64,000 nt of DNA, taken from positions 53,320,001 to 53,384,000 of the forward strand of contig OZ024747.1 of NCBI GenBank assembly GCA_964016885.1. Reading direction: 5' to 3'. A model generated the notes under the pieces. It ran no database searches and was not told the DNA's origin. It saw nothing but the letters and a program-made list of their open reading frames with translations. Both the position numbers and the translations under genes were made by a program. Below, in pieces: positions 1 to 13,094 of the stretch. Each line of letters opens with the position of its first letter. The first letter of the stretch is position 1. This DNA comes from Eledone cirrhosa (taxonomy: Eukaryota).

Positions 1-101
1 AAAACAAGACATGGTCATACATACAAACATATATATATATGTGTGTATATATAAATACATTCATACAAACAAACATACATATATAAAAAATACATGCATA
101 G

Positions 102-142
<41 letters not shown>

Positions 143-165
143 ATGGTGTTTATATATATATATAT

Positions 166-500
166 ACCTTGCAATCAAAAGGTTGTGAGTTCAATTCTCA
201 GACCGGGTGATATGTTGTTTCTAAAGCAAGACACTATATTTCACATTGCTCCAGTTTATGAGATGATAGGGACAGGAGTCCCTATCATTCCACTGCAAAC
301 TGGTCGTGGAGGTGCCATGGCAAAAAAGCACCCAGCACTCACTGTAAAGTGGACATGTAGGCGCCACGGAATAAAAGCACCCAGCACTCACTGTAAATGA
401 GGTTGGTGTTAGGAAGGGCATCCAGCTGTAGAAATCAAACCAGAATCAGTTCCCATCCCACCCTTACAAGCAGGGAAAAGCGGACATAAAAATGATGATG
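166..500 (+). mobile_element. SINE family B (tRNA head + CORE-like domain + internal ~49-bp repeats + RTE-like (GAT)n tail), 5'-truncated
   Basis: B-box GAGTTCAATTCTC, CORE-like AGCAAGACACT..TTTCACATTGCTCCAG, tail GTTGGTGTTAGGAAGGGCATCCAGC...AAAATGATGATG; near-identical to copies at 5221, 7720, 8938, 16975. Confidence 0.85.
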
Positions 501-506
501 ATATAT

Positions 507-667
507 ATATTTATTAAAATAACAGATTAAAGTTTAAGCAAAGAATCACTGCTTTCACCCTTAACAGGATCTTCTGAAACTAAAATATTTGCTCTACGGT
601 TCTTATATATTTGATATATATTTATCTTTATCGAGCCCTCTTTGGATTTTAGTCTTCAAATTTATTA
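507..667. mobile_element. Short PLE terminal (pLTR) fragment with an inverted half
   Basis: 507-580 is the reverse complement of ~38262-38335; 583-667 is a direct match to ~38330-38411 (3' end of the Naiad-like PLE). Confidence 0.8.
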
Positions 668-698
668 TTATTATTATTGTGGATTGGCAGTAAGGGCC

Positions 699-890
699 GT
701 GGATTGGCAGTATCGGTAGAGAGTCGGACGCCATGCTTTCCAGCATAGTTACGTCCCTTTACGGTCAGAGTTCAAATCCCGTCGAGGTTAACTTTGCCTT
801 TCATCCTTACGGGGTCGATAAAATAAAGTACCAGTAATGTACTGGGTAATTGCTGGCCTTGTGCCAAAAGTAGAAACACTTATTATTACT
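699..890 (+). mobile_element. SINE family A (tRNA-derived; conserved GCCTTTCATCCTTACGGGGTCGATAAAATAAAGTACCAG body; (ATT)n tail)
   Basis: A-box-like TGGCAGTATCGG and B-box GAGTTCAAATCC; about 20 copies in the window. Confidence 0.9.
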
Positions 891-1646
891 ATATAAGCGG
901 ACATAAAATGATGAATGAATATATATATATATGTGTGTGTGTGTTCTACAGGATGTAATGGTGAGGGATATTGTTAATATCGTGTGGGTGGGGTGAGTGG
1001 GTGAAGGAGAGATTGTTAGGGGGGTAAGTGTTGAATAAAGAGTAGGGGTAGCTGGTTAGTGTATGAGGAGAGGGGATGTAGTGATGTAGGTATGTGCTTG
1101 ATAGAAAGGGGCTGGTTATGGTGGAGAGATAGGAAAAGTTGGGTAGTGAGTCAACAGCTACAAAACTAAAATATATTCTTTACAGATTGAACAACTTTAT
1201 ATGTATTAAGTATTTATTTAAACTTGGACCTTTTAGTTGTTGAGCCAAGGAAATCTGGCCCTCAACCTACCTGAGGAATTAGTAAGTGTACTTGTTTAAT
1301 GAGTCAACCTACCCAGTAATGGTTAACATGGAAACAGGCATTAAATGATGATTATTCAATATCTGGGACTTTAAGACAAAGAAATATATACCCTCTTCCT
1401 GCTATATCAAGTGTTAACCTAATATATCCCTTCCATATACTGTACTGATTGTGTTGTTATTTCTGTTTACCTTTTACATACATATACACCTCAAATGAGA
1501 CAACTTGTCTATCCCATGCTAGCATGGAAAATGGATGTTAAACAATGATGATGAAGATGATGATAACGAAGGAGGTGTGGTAAGGAACCAGATGGACCAT
1601 AACGCACCAGAGTACTCAATATTTAGGGTAGGAGAGTGGGTAATAA

Positions 1647-1808
1647 GAAAATGTTTAACCCCGACGGCAGAGCTCAAGGTGTTTCAACGGCTATTTCCGG
1701 ACTAAATAGTCTAGAAATAGTCCAGAAATAGTCCAGAAATAGTCCAGAAATAGTCCAGAAATACCCGTCGAAACGGCTTCAGCTCTGCCGTCGGGGTTAA
1801 ACATTTTC
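1647..1808. repeat. Fold-back palindrome abutting (TA)n, with 5 x 11-bp ATAGTCCAGAA in the right arm
   Basis: GAAAATGTTTAACCCCGACGGCAGAGCT...AGCTCTGCCGTCGGGGTTAAACATTTTC. Confidence 0.9.
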
Positions 1809-1809
1809 C

Positions 1810-1864
<55 letters not shown>

Positions 1865-2009
1865 TTATATATATATAAAGTGAGAGATAGAGAGGGGGAG
1901 GGCTAGGAATAGATCAATCTCCAATATTGATCTATCCAGTTTCCCAGGTGAAAATTCACTTTAAAGTTGCACATGTTCTATAGATTTGGGTTTTATTGAA
2001 GTTTTAATG

Positions 2010-2545
2010 ATAAACAACTACAACAACAACAACAACAACAATAGCAATTATAACAATGGAACCAACAGAAACAATAACAAGAACAACTACAACAGCAACA
2101 ACAACAACAAGAACAACTACAACAGCAACAACAATAACAACAACAGCAACAGCAACAAGAACAACTACAACAGCTGTAAAACTATCAACAGAAGTAGCAT
2201 GAATAACAGCAACAATAACAACAATCATCAATGGCTACTACCAATATCACCACCAGTATGATAGTAAGTGTGGTGGTGGTAGTAGTGGGGTCGTAGTAGT
2301 AGTAGTGGTAGTGACGGTGGTAGTAGTGGTGGTGGTAGTAGTATGATAGTGATAGTGGTAGTGGTGGTGGTAGTATTGGTTGTAGTGGTAGTTATAGTGG
2401 TGGTAGTAGTGGTGGTGGTAGTAGTGGTGGTGATAGTAGTGGTGGTAGTAGTGGTGGTGGTAGTGGTGGTAGTGATAGTAGTGGTTAAAGTAGTGGTGGT
2501 GGTAGCGGTTGTAGTGATAGTAGTGGTGGTAGTGGTATATAAGTA
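2010..2545. repeat. (AAC)n and (GTA/GTG)n trinucleotide low-complexity tracts
   Basis: Direct reading. Confidence 0.95.
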
Positions 2546-2549
2546 GTAG

Positions 2550-4015
2550 TGGTAGTAGTATATTAGTAATAGTAGTAGTGATAGTAGTATGATAGTAATA
2601 GTAGTGGTGGTAGTAATATGTTAGTAATAGTAGTAGTGGTAGTAGTATGATAGTAATAGTAGTTGTGGTAGTAGTATGATAGTAATAGTAGTGGTGGTAG
2701 TAGTATGATAGTAATATTAGTAGTGGTAGTAGTATGATAGTAATAGTAGTGGTGGTAGTAGTATGATAGTAATAGTAGTGGTGGTAGTAGTATGATAATA
2801 ATAATAGTGGTGGTAGTAGTATGATAGTAATAGTAGTGGTGGTACTAGTATGTAAGTAATAGTAGTGGTGGTAGTAGTATGATAGTAATAGTAGTGGTGG
2901 TAGTAGTATGATAGTAATAGTAGTGGTGGTAGTAGTATGATAGTAATAGTAGTGGTGGAAGTAGTATGATAGTAATAGTAGTGGTGGTAGTTGTATGATA
3001 GTAATAGTAGTGGTGGTAGTAGTATGATAGTAATAGTAGTGGTGGTAGTAGTATGATAGTAATAGTAGTGGTGGTAGTAGTATGATAGTAATAGTAGTGG
3101 TGGTAGTAGTATGATAGTAATAGTAGTAGTGGTAGTAGTATGATAGTAATAGTGGTGGTGGTAGTAGTATGATAGTAATAGTAGGGGTGGAAGTAGTATG
3201 ATAGTAATAGTAGTGGTGGTAGTAATATGTTAGTAATAGTAGTGGTGGTAGTAGTATGATAGTAATAGTAGTGGTGGTAGTAATATGTTAGTAATAGTAG
3301 TGGTGGTAGTAATATGTTAGTAATAGTAGTGGTGGTAGTAGTATGATAGTAATAGTAGTGGTGGTAGTAGTATGATAGTAATAGTAGTGGTGGTAGTAGT
3401 ATGATAGTAATAGTAGTAGTGATAGTAGTATGATAGTAATAGTAGTGGTGGTAGTAGTATGATAGTAATAGTAGTGGTGGTAGTAGTATGATAGTAATAG
3501 TAGTGGTGGTAGTAGTATGATAGTAATAGTAGTGGTGGTAGTAATATGTTAGTAATAGTAGTGGTGGTAGTAGTATGATAGTAATAGTAGTGGTGGTAGT
3601 AATATGTTAGTAATAGTAGTGGTGGTAGTAATATGTTAGTAATAGTAGTGGTGGTAGTAGTATGATAGTAATAGTAGTGGTGGTAGTAGTATGATAGTAA
3701 TAGTAGTGGTGGTAGTAGTATGATAGTAATAGCAGTGGTGGTAGTAATATGTTAGTAATAGTAGTAGTGGTAGTAGTATGATAGTAATAGTAGTGGTGGT
3801 AGTAGTATGATAGTAATAGTAGTGGTGGTAGTAGTATGTTAGTAATAGTAGTAGTGGTAGTAGTATGATAATAATAGTAGTGGTGGTATTAGTATGATAG
3901 TAATAGTAGTGGTGGTAGTAATATGATAGTAATAGTAGTGGTGGTATTAGTATGATAGTAATAGTAGTGGTGGTAGTAGTATGATAGTAATAGTAGTGGT
4001 GGTAGTAGTATGATC
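2550..4015. repeat. 29-bp minisatellite GATAGTAATAGTAGTGGTGGTAGTAGTAT, about 50 units
   Basis: Period 29 (e.g. units start at 2881 and 2910). Confidence 0.95.
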
Positions 4016-4114
4016 AACCATAACAATAATGATAACAACAACAACTAACACCTGTACTTCTACCACCATCAATAACTGTTACAACTACTACTACTACTAC
4101 TACCACTACTATTA

Positions 4115-4310
4115 AGGCAGTGGATTGGCAGTATCAGTAGAGGGTCGGACACCATGCTTTGCAGCATAGAGTTACGGCCCTTTATGATCTGACTTCAAAT
4201 CCCGCCGAGGTTAAGTTTGCCTTTCATCCTTACAGGGTTGATAAAATAAAGTACCAGTAATACACTGGGATTATTGCTGGCCTTGTGCCAAAAGTAGAAA
4301 TAATTATTGT
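4115..4310 (+). mobile_element. SINE family A
   Basis: Full-length match to 699-890. Confidence 0.9.
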
Positions 4311-5171
4311 TACATGGTAAATACAAAGACCCCCAACTGCTACCACTAGCGCTACTATCACTTTTACCACCACTATCCCCATTACTGTCACTGCCAACAC
4401 CACCACCACTAATACCACCATACTCACCATCACCATTACCACCAACACCATCACCATCACCACCACCATCACCACTACCAGCAGCAACGTTTCAACAAGA
4501 AGAGATCAATAATTTAAAATATAAGACTTCAATGACATTAGTACTGTAGTTGATATGATTGACTAAATAAAACCTTGTAAAGCTTTGCTGTAGCATGGCC
4601 ACAGTCAAAGGACTGAAAATATCAAAATCTCATAAATTCAATATTATGTGAGATAAAGCCTTCACCGTGAAAATACAATAGTAAAAAAAAAAAAAATTAA
4701 AATGGTAAATAGTTAAACCATGCTTAGATTCCTAGGTTTACAAATCTTTCCCCATACCATCCACCCCACCTCTTGGTACCACCCCCTTCAATCTTTCACT
4801 CTAATACTGCAAGTAAATAAATAAATAAAATAAAGGTTAGACTTACCCCAAGAGCCTTGTTTTAATCCAGGCTTGAAAATAAATTTAAATTGTAATGTAG
4901 GCACCATTGCTGAAAGTGTTTCAAAGCCTTCCTATAATAGAATTTAAATTGAATCTGAAAAAAAAATTAATTGCATTAATAATCTTTCTTAATTAGTATT
5001 GTATATTATGATATAAAATATAGCAACATTTTACATGGGACAATCTGTTATATGTGTATGTATGTTCATAATAGGTGTATATATATATATACACACACAT
5101 ACATATATATCATCATCATCCTCATATATGTGTAAATATATAAATATATACACATACATACAAAGGCACGC

Positions 5172-5204
<33 letters not shown>

Positions 5205-5220
5205 CACAAATGTGTGTATA

Positions 5221-5550
5221 TCATCATCATCATTTTTACGTCCGCTTTTTCCCTGCTTGCAAGGGTGGGATGGGAACTGATTCTGGCTTGATTTCTACAG
5301 CTGGATGCCTTTCCTAACACCAACCTCATTTACAGTGAGTGCTGGGTGCTTTTTTTGCCGTGGCACCTCCACGACCACTTTGCAGTAGGGACCCCAGTCC
5401 CTATCATCTCATTTCTACGGCTGAGTAAACTGGAGCAATGTGAAATAAAGTGTCTTGCTGAAGGAAACAAAACATCACCCGGTCTGAGAATTGAACTCAC
5501 AACCTTTCGATTGCAAGGCCAATGCTCTAACCACTAAGCCATGTGCCTCC
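5221..5550 (-). mobile_element. SINE family B, full length
   Basis: Reverse complement of 7720-8098; tRNA head ends in AACCACTAAGCCATGTGCCTCC. Confidence 0.9.
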
Positions 5551-5594
5551 AATATATATATATATATTGTAATGTGTGTATATATATATATTGG

Positions 5595-6098
5595 AATTTG
5601 GCCAACTGTAGAAAACCTGCCAGACAGTCCTATGCGAGCAAGACAATCACTCTTGCCTCAAGTGGGACTACCCCCGTCCAAACCCATGCAAGCGTGGAAC
5701 ACGGACGTTAAACGTTGATGATGATGATGATGATGATGATAATTGGCAGTATCGGTAGAGGGTCGGACGCCATGCTTTACAGCAAGGTGTTATGGCTCTT
5801 TATGATTTGAGTTCAAATCTCACCGAGGTTAACTTTGCCTATCATCCTTACGGGGTCGATAAAATAAAGTACCAGTAATACACTGAAATAATTGCTGGCC
5901 TTGTGCCAAAAGTAGAAGCAATTATTATTATTATCATCATCATCATCATCATCACCTTCGTTTAACGTCCATCTTCCACGCTAGCATGGGTTAGACGGGA
6001 GTTGTCCCACTTGAGGCAGGGCTGGTCGGTGACCATGTCTCGCTCATATAGGACTATCTGGCAGCTTTTCTACGGCTGGATGCCCTTCCCAACACCAA
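5595..6098. mobile_element. Two opposed 3' fragments of an RTE-tailed element (5595-5740 +, 5940-6098 -) around a SINE A copy (5741-5935 +)
   Basis: CTGTAGAAAACCTGCCAGA...GGACGTTAAACG(TGA)n; a third copy lies at 58110-58400 (-). Confidence 0.75.
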
Positions 6099-6179
6099 CT
6101 ATATATATATATATATATATACGTATATATATCATCATCAACATCATCATTTATGTTTAATAACAGGACATATATGCTA

Positions 6180-7060
6180 GCACTGGTAATATGACAAAAA
6201 GCACCTGTAAGCTGCTTGTATTGGTGCCATGACAAAAAAAGCACCCAGTTTCACCCTGTAAGGTGGTAGTGATAGTGCCACAACCAAAAGCACCTTGTTC
6301 ACTCTGTAAGGTGTTAGAGCTGGTACCACAAAAAAAGCTTCCAGTACATGCTGTAATGTGGTTGGCATTATGAAGAGCATCCAGCCATAGAAAGCCATAT
6401 CAAAATCAGATTGTATGAGCAAGACTAACCTATCTGGCCCCATAACATGACAACCCAGTAAGGATTGGATGCTTTGTTTTTGTGGTACCAAAACAACCAC
6501 TTTACAGTGTGAGATGGGCAATTTTGGCCATGTCACTAAGGGCTGGCTTGGGGCTTTTTGTTGTGTCACCAAGGATGGGCTAGGTGCTTTTTCTGGAGTC
6601 ACTGTCACGTGTCTCCAAGTTTGTGTTGGGCGTTTATAGGGTAGACTGGGTGTTTATTGTCATGTCACTGTCATGAATCCCCTACAGGTTGGACTGGCTG
6701 CTTTTGTCATGTCCCCCAACACGATCACCTTATAAGGCAGACTGGGTACTCTTTGTCATGTGTCACCAATCCAACCTCTCCACAGGGCAGACCTGGCACC
6801 TTCTACTGCTGTGCCACCCTATTACCACTATACAGGATGGACCAGAAGACTCCTGTCATGTCACCAATATGATCACCTTACAATGTGGACTGGGTACTTA
6901 TTTGTCATGTCACCAGCATGCTCCCAATACCTGCAGGGGGGGGGGGGGGGCTAAGTGCTCTTTTGTCATGATACCAACAGGAGCACTTTACATGATGGAC
7001 TATGGACTTTTGTTGTATTAGCAACTTACAGGGAGAACTGAAAGCCCTTAGCCATTTCAG
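6180..7060. repeat. Degenerate ~45-bp tandem array related to the SINE B internal repeat; orientation flips at ~6450
   Basis: Units like TGCCATGACAAAAAGCACCCAGT..ACCCTGTAAGGTGG, then their reverse complements. Confidence 0.7.
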
Positions 7061-7289
7061 CAGCATTGTGGGAGAATGTGTTCAGCTTTCTTTGCTTGTA
7101 TACATGAGTTGGTCAAGTGGGGTGCATCAAATGTGGAAAATGGTGGTGGGGTTGGTGGTGCATGTAAGTAGGGTGGGTATTAGAGTGGTATGTCTAAGGT
7201 GGGGTAGGTGGTGTTGGGTGGCGTTTTAAGATGTGGTAGGAGTATGGAAGGGGGAGAGGAAGAAATGGTGCATACTAGAGATCACTAGA

Positions 7290-8430
7290 TGTTGCTTCAT
7301 CTTGTACACATGAGAAGGCAGGTCTTCTGCAGTACTGCATAATGCCAGAGATCTTAATCCTGTGTCATCGCCTTTGGGAGGTGCAATTTCATGAGGTCAG
7401 CTTTTATCACCTCATCCCAAGCTTCATGGATCTTCCGATAGCTTCCATCAACTTTGAGTACCCTGCACCTTTTTATACAGCTTTCATCCGTCATATGCAT
7501 CACATGACCATACCACTGTAATCCCTCCTGCACACTGCATTGATCCCTGTTATGCCCAGTTTTTCTCAGTTCATTTATGCTTTGCTGTTCATGTATATTA
7601 TTATTACACATCCATCAGAGCAGGCAAGCTTCATTTCTTTCCAATTTTTGAAGGTCCTCTGCAAACACTCTCCAGGTCTCATTATCATGCAACATTGCTT
7701 TTTGTATATACACATATAGAGGCACATGGCTCTATGGTTAGAGCATTGGCCTTGCAATTGAAAGATTGTGAGTTCAATTCTCAGACCGGGTGATGTGTTG
7801 TTTCCTTGAGCAAGGCTCTTTATTTCACATTGCTCCAGTTTAGCCAGTTGTAGAAATGAGATGATAGGACTGGAGTCCCTATGATTCATGGAGGTGCCAT
7901 GGCCAAAAAGCACCCAACCGACACTGCAAAGTGGTCGTGGAGGTGCCACAGCAAAAAAGCACCCATCCTACACTGTAAATGAGGTTGGTGTTAGGAAGGG
8001 CATCCAGCTGTAGAAATCAAGCCAGAATCAGTTCCCGTCCTACCCTTGCAAACAGGGAAAAGCAGACGTAAAATGATGATGATGATGATGATGATGACAT
8101 CTGCCCTTTATACCGAGGGAAAAATCTTTTGTAGTTACTAGAAGTGGTAGTTCCCTGTACTTTCCCCATCCCGTTTTAACTCTGGCTACCCTCATTCATT
8201 TTCACACCTACCTCTTCTGTTAATTTGATCCCCCAGATAACAGAATCTATCATCTACTTCTACAAAACCATCAAAGAATTTGATAGAGCTTGTTCCCTGT
8301 CAGTGACTGCCCCTTACTGCTCCTGTGCATCAACCACATGCAAAACCTATTTTCTTTGCTAGCCTACCTTGCCTGAGATCCCACTACATCTCTTGTGTAC
8401 CCATAGTTTGCATTTGGGTCAGAGGCTGGA
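7290..8430 (-). mobile_element. Decayed RTE-clade LINE (RT C-terminal region), interrupted by SINE B
   Basis: Minus-strand peptides LQWYGHVMHMTDESCIKRC..WDEVIKADL, KDFSLGIKGR and a Cys-rich HKRCSGISG segment. Confidence 0.8.
7720..8098 (+). mobile_element. SINE family B, full length, nested in the RTE fragment
   Basis: GGCACATGGCTCTATGGTTAGAGC tRNA head through the (GAT)n tail. Confidence 0.9.
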
Positions 8431-8549
8431 ATTTCTTCCTCCCTCTCTCTCTCTCTCCCCCCCTCTCTTTCTCTCCATGCCCCCCCCCCCTCTTTCTCTC
8501 TTTCTTTATATATATATATATATCATCGTTTTAACATACACTTTGTCAG

Positions 8550-8596
<47 letters not shown>

Positions 8597-8834
8597 ATCA
8601 TTTTAATGTACACTGTCTGTTATATATATATATTGTTGGCATTAGGAAGGGCATCTGTAGAAACCAAGCCAAAATCAGTTCTGTATGAGCAAGACATGGT
8701 CACCTGACCTAGCATGGCCCACAACAGGACAACTTGTGTGGAAAATGGAGGTAAAGTGATGTGGAGGATATATATATATACGTGGAGAAATATATAAAGG
8801 AGAACAAACCGTTAAAACATGTTTATTTAAAATA

Positions 8835-8874
8835 GCACTTACGTACGTTTCGCCCGAATGGGCTTCTCAAGGGC
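8835..8874 (-). ncRNA. Variant minimal hammerhead ribozyme within a ~135-bp (TA)n-flanked insert (8790-8926)
   Basis: rc: GCCC TTGAGAA GCCC-ATTC-GGGC GAAA CGTACG TA AGTGC; palindromic loop III; core deviates from CUGANGA. Confidence 0.6.
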
Positions 8875-8937
8875 ATAACACATTAAAAAGCGTTCCTTAC
8901 ATGACCCCTAATAAGTTATATGGGTTATATATATATA

Positions 8938-9308
8938 TATTGGCCTTGCAATCGAAAGGTTGTGAGTTCAATTCTCAGACCGGGTGATGTGTTGTTTCCT
9001 TGAGCAAGACACTTTATTTCACATTGCTCCAGTTTACTCAGCTGTAGAAATGAGATGATAGTACTGGGGTCCCTATCATTCCACTGTAAAGTGGACGTGT
9101 AGGCGCCACGGAAAAAAAGCACCCAGCCCACACTGTCAAGTGTATGTGTAGGCGCCACGGAAAAAAAGCACCCAGCACTCACTGTAAATGAGGTTGGTGT
9201 TAGGAAGGGCATCCAGCTGTAGATATCAAGCCAGAATCAGTTCCCGTTCCACCCTTGCAAGCAGGGAAAAGCGGACATAAAATGATGATGTTGATGACGA
9301 TGATGATA
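8938..9308 (+). mobile_element. SINE family B, slightly 5'-truncated, three internal repeats
   Basis: Matches other B copies; (TA)n on both sides. Confidence 0.9.
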
Positions 9309-10558
9309 TATATATATATATATGAAACAAAATGAGGCTAATCAGCCAACATATACATTTGAGAATACTATGCATTCTCAGAAGTTCCAGCTGGTAGCAA
9401 GTGAGGAGAATACACAATCTTGACAAGGAGCAAGACTCTCTGACATTGTCAACTACCACGTGGTGTTTTATGTGACTGTTTACTTGTAAACAAACCAAAT
9501 ATAAATAATATATTATTATGTCATTATTATTCACTCATGAATAAATACATCATATATATATATATCATTATCGCGCCGAGGTTAACTTTGCCTTTCATCC
9601 TTACGGGGTCGATAAAATAAAGTACCAGTAATGCACTGGTAATTGCCAGTTCTAATCCTATAGAATTCATAACCATCATGCAACACATACACACATTATA
9701 TATGTACATGTGTGTGAATGTGTATGGAATCTAACCAAATGCAACATCCACCAAACCTATCAACAAAGATTATGGATATATTCAGAATGTAGAGTCATGT
9801 TCAGAAATAAATTTTTTCAAAATCACGAACAATTTAGATTATTTGATTGAAAAAATATTTATTTTTTCTCTTTCTTCTATTTGGCTTCTCGATAATTTAA
9901 TCTATTGTGATCTTTCAAAATATATATAAATATAAAATATATATATAAATATATATAAATATATATAAATATATATAAATATAAAGTATATATAAATATA
10001 AAATGTATAAAGTATCTATAAATATAAAATGTATAAAATATGCATAAATATATATAGATATAAAAGATAAATATAAGATATATAAATATATAAATATATA
10101 AAATATATATAAAAATAAAATATAAATATATGTAAATATATATAATACATATAAATATAAAATATATATAAATATAAAATCAATTTTAGAACTAAATAGC
10201 AAACAGATTGAAATTTATTTTCATATTAATAGATTTATTTTTCTATTATGTTAGTAAAAGAGTAAAAGAATTAATACAGATAATTTCTTAAATTCTTTTG
10301 TTGAAAACTATCAACCAACCACCCCTTAAACTCTCCATCCTGGCTGCTTTCTAGCCTGGAGGGTTCTCTGCCAATCTCCATTTTCTCTCAATCTTCACAT
10401 CTCCGTCTTTCTCTCTTCATTTGAATATTCTAAGATCAGGAAATATATTTGTTGGTGCTCTATGAATGAATTTAAATGGAAACCTCAAAAAGTTCTTTTT
10501 CTTTTTTTGGCAGTTAACAAAAAGAATTTCCTTGTTGTCGTTATCAACTATAACAATG

Positions 10559-10613
<55 letters not shown>

Positions 10614-11199
10614 TGATTTTTTTTGATTTTTTAGATTTATATATTTGTTTTTATCTTTTCTTTATATATGTTCATGTTATCTTCTTTCTATTTTATTTTA
10701 TTTTTTTGTTTTATTTGATTTTGTTTTATTCTATTTTATTATATTTTAGATTTTCAGTGACAAAGTTAGATATATTAGGTGAGAAAAGAAAACAAAGACA
10801 ATAAAAACAAAGATGAATCTAACAAAAAATTATTGAATATGAAAAAAACAAACTATTAATAAAATGGAAAAACAATACAAAAACAAAAAACAACAGAAAC
10901 AATAGAAAAAACAATAACACAAGAATAACAGAAATGTAAACAAAGAGACAAATAACAAACTAATATTTAAGAATAATCCCTATAATTAAATGGATAAGGC
11001 TTAAGTTTAGATTAAAGATGGATTAAATTGATTTCTATAAACACACTGTTAGAATGCTTCACTTGTTATAAAAAAACAACTGAAAACAGAGTTTAATCTT
11101 CAGGTTTTGTTTCATATATGTTTTTCTATATATTAATATATTTAATATCAGATCAAAATGCTAGAGATTACACTGGTTATATTGTTGCTGTTGTTATTT

Positions 11200-12110
11200 G
11201 GAGTGGAAAGAAGTTGATTAAATCAACCCCAGTACTTGACTGGTACTTTATTTTATTGACCTGATGAATAAAAGGCAAAGTCACTGAGTTCAACTTTGCC
11301 TTCTATTGTTCCAAGGTTGATAAAATAAAGTACCAGTCAAGTACTGGTTCAATGTAATCGACTTTCACCCTCAAATTATTGACCTAGATAATTAGAAATT
11401 ATTATTATTAAAGGTGGCGGATTGGCAGTAATTGTAGAGCATTGGACACCATACTGCATGACATAGTGTTATGTCCCTTTACGTTCTGAATCCAAATCCT
11501 GCTGTGGTTAGCCTTGCCTTTCATTGTTACGGGGTCAATAAAATAAAGCACCAATAATGCACTGAGGGCAATTCAATCGACTTTCCCCTTCCCTTTAAAT
11601 TGCTGACCTTGGGCCAAATGTAGAAACAATTATTATTATTAGTGTTAAGATGAAAGTTAGGATGGAGATTAACTTTGCCTTACATCCTTACGGGGTCGAT
11701 AAAATAAAGTACCAGTAATGCACTGGGCAATTGCTGGCCTTGTGCCAAGAGTAGAAACAATTATTAGTGTTATGAAAGATAGGTGAGAGTGGCTAGATTG
11801 ATGATTCTAAATGAGCCTACTTTGACCATGCTTCACTAAGTAGGATGAAGGACATTAGAAGAGAGCACTGCCAATACCTTAGATGTAACCCTTGTGTAAT
11901 CCAAGTGGGGGGTGGTTGGGGGAGAGATTTTATGTGGGCTTTTCTCTGTATTTACTCAGTATTTGACTGGTACTTTATTATATTGACCCCATAAGGATGA
12001 AAGACAAAGCTAACCTTGGTGGAATTTGAACTCAGAACATAAAGAACCTTAACTCTATGCCACTAAGCATGGTGTCCGATGCTCTACCAATTCTGCCAAT
12101 ACACAGTCCT
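11200..12110. mobile_element. Cluster of older SINE A copies and fragments in both orientations
   Basis: AACTTTGCCTT..CAT..GGGGTC.ATAAAATAAAGTACCAG motifs at ~11200(-), 11290(+), 11412(+), 11665(+), 11955(-). Confidence 0.85.
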
Positions 12111-12865
12111 TAATAAAAGAAATAATAATAACAATAATTATCATTATATGTTTTATGATTTTGTTTAAAATGTAGTTAAAAGCTTACATTATGAATCTGG
12201 AATGGATTTAAGTTAGTTTTGTTGTTTTATTATTTAAATTTTTTTGTTGGCTTTTTTGAATTTTTTTTATTAATCTCTTTGTTTGTAGTATTATTATTAT
12301 TGTTGTTAATATTATTATTGTTATTATTGCTTAGCTGCAGTTAATTAATCCTTTGCTGATTAGTGATCTATCATACATTGGCTGAATGGTTAGGTCAGAA
12401 GTTCAAACATTGTCAAAGGCATTATTACATTCTTCACCCCCCACCCTCCCCTTCCCCATCACCACCATCAACATCGTTATCATCATCATCATCACTATCA
12501 TATGCAACATGATAGTCATCATCAACATCACCGTGTCATTGTAATCATCATAATCTTTCTCCACTCTTTTCCTCCTCCCTATAATCATCCTTCTCTTTTC
12601 TCCTTTCATTCTCTTTTCTCCCCTTTCTCATCATACCCCCACCTCATTCTCAACTTTTTTCTCTTCCCATCCTTATCCTCCTCACCATTCTCTTTCTTCT
12701 TCTTCCTCTTCCTTTCAGCAAGCCCATTGACCATGTAGAGCCTCCTTCATCAGCTACAGTACTCTGTTATAGTATCAAGTAGATGAGACTTAGGAAGGAC
12801 ATAGGTTCAACTACTGCGGTGAATGAACATCAGTTGATCTGTTGTGACCAACATATAGTCTAGAC

Positions 12866-13038
12866 TAGGGTTTGCCATTGCCAAACCTTTTCAAATGCAG
12901 AACACTTTGTGTTTCAGAAACTTTTGGGGAAGTCCCAAAGTCACATGTTGTTATATGGTCGTAATATAAATATACTCCTCTACCTTTTTTCATGGAACCC
13001 CAGACACTCCTTTGCGGAACCCACTTTAGGAACCACTG
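12866..13038. mobile_element. hAT (Charlie-like) MITE
   Basis: 8-bp TSD-like GTCTAGAC/GCCTAGAC; right end TTTAGGAACCACTG; degenerate left end TAGGGTTTGCC..CCAAACCTTT. Confidence 0.6.
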
Positions 13039-13094
13039 GCCTAGACCACTGAATTCTCGATGATGGTGGGATAATATGTCTAAGGGGCAGACCC

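Noticed and set aside
1187-1281. Plus-strand exon-like segment (TTTACAG...GTAAGT)
   Set aside because: Stop codons in all three frames and no other support
7720-7790. tRNA genes
   Set aside because: The A/B boxes belong to SINE heads and continue into SINE bodies; no full cloverleaf
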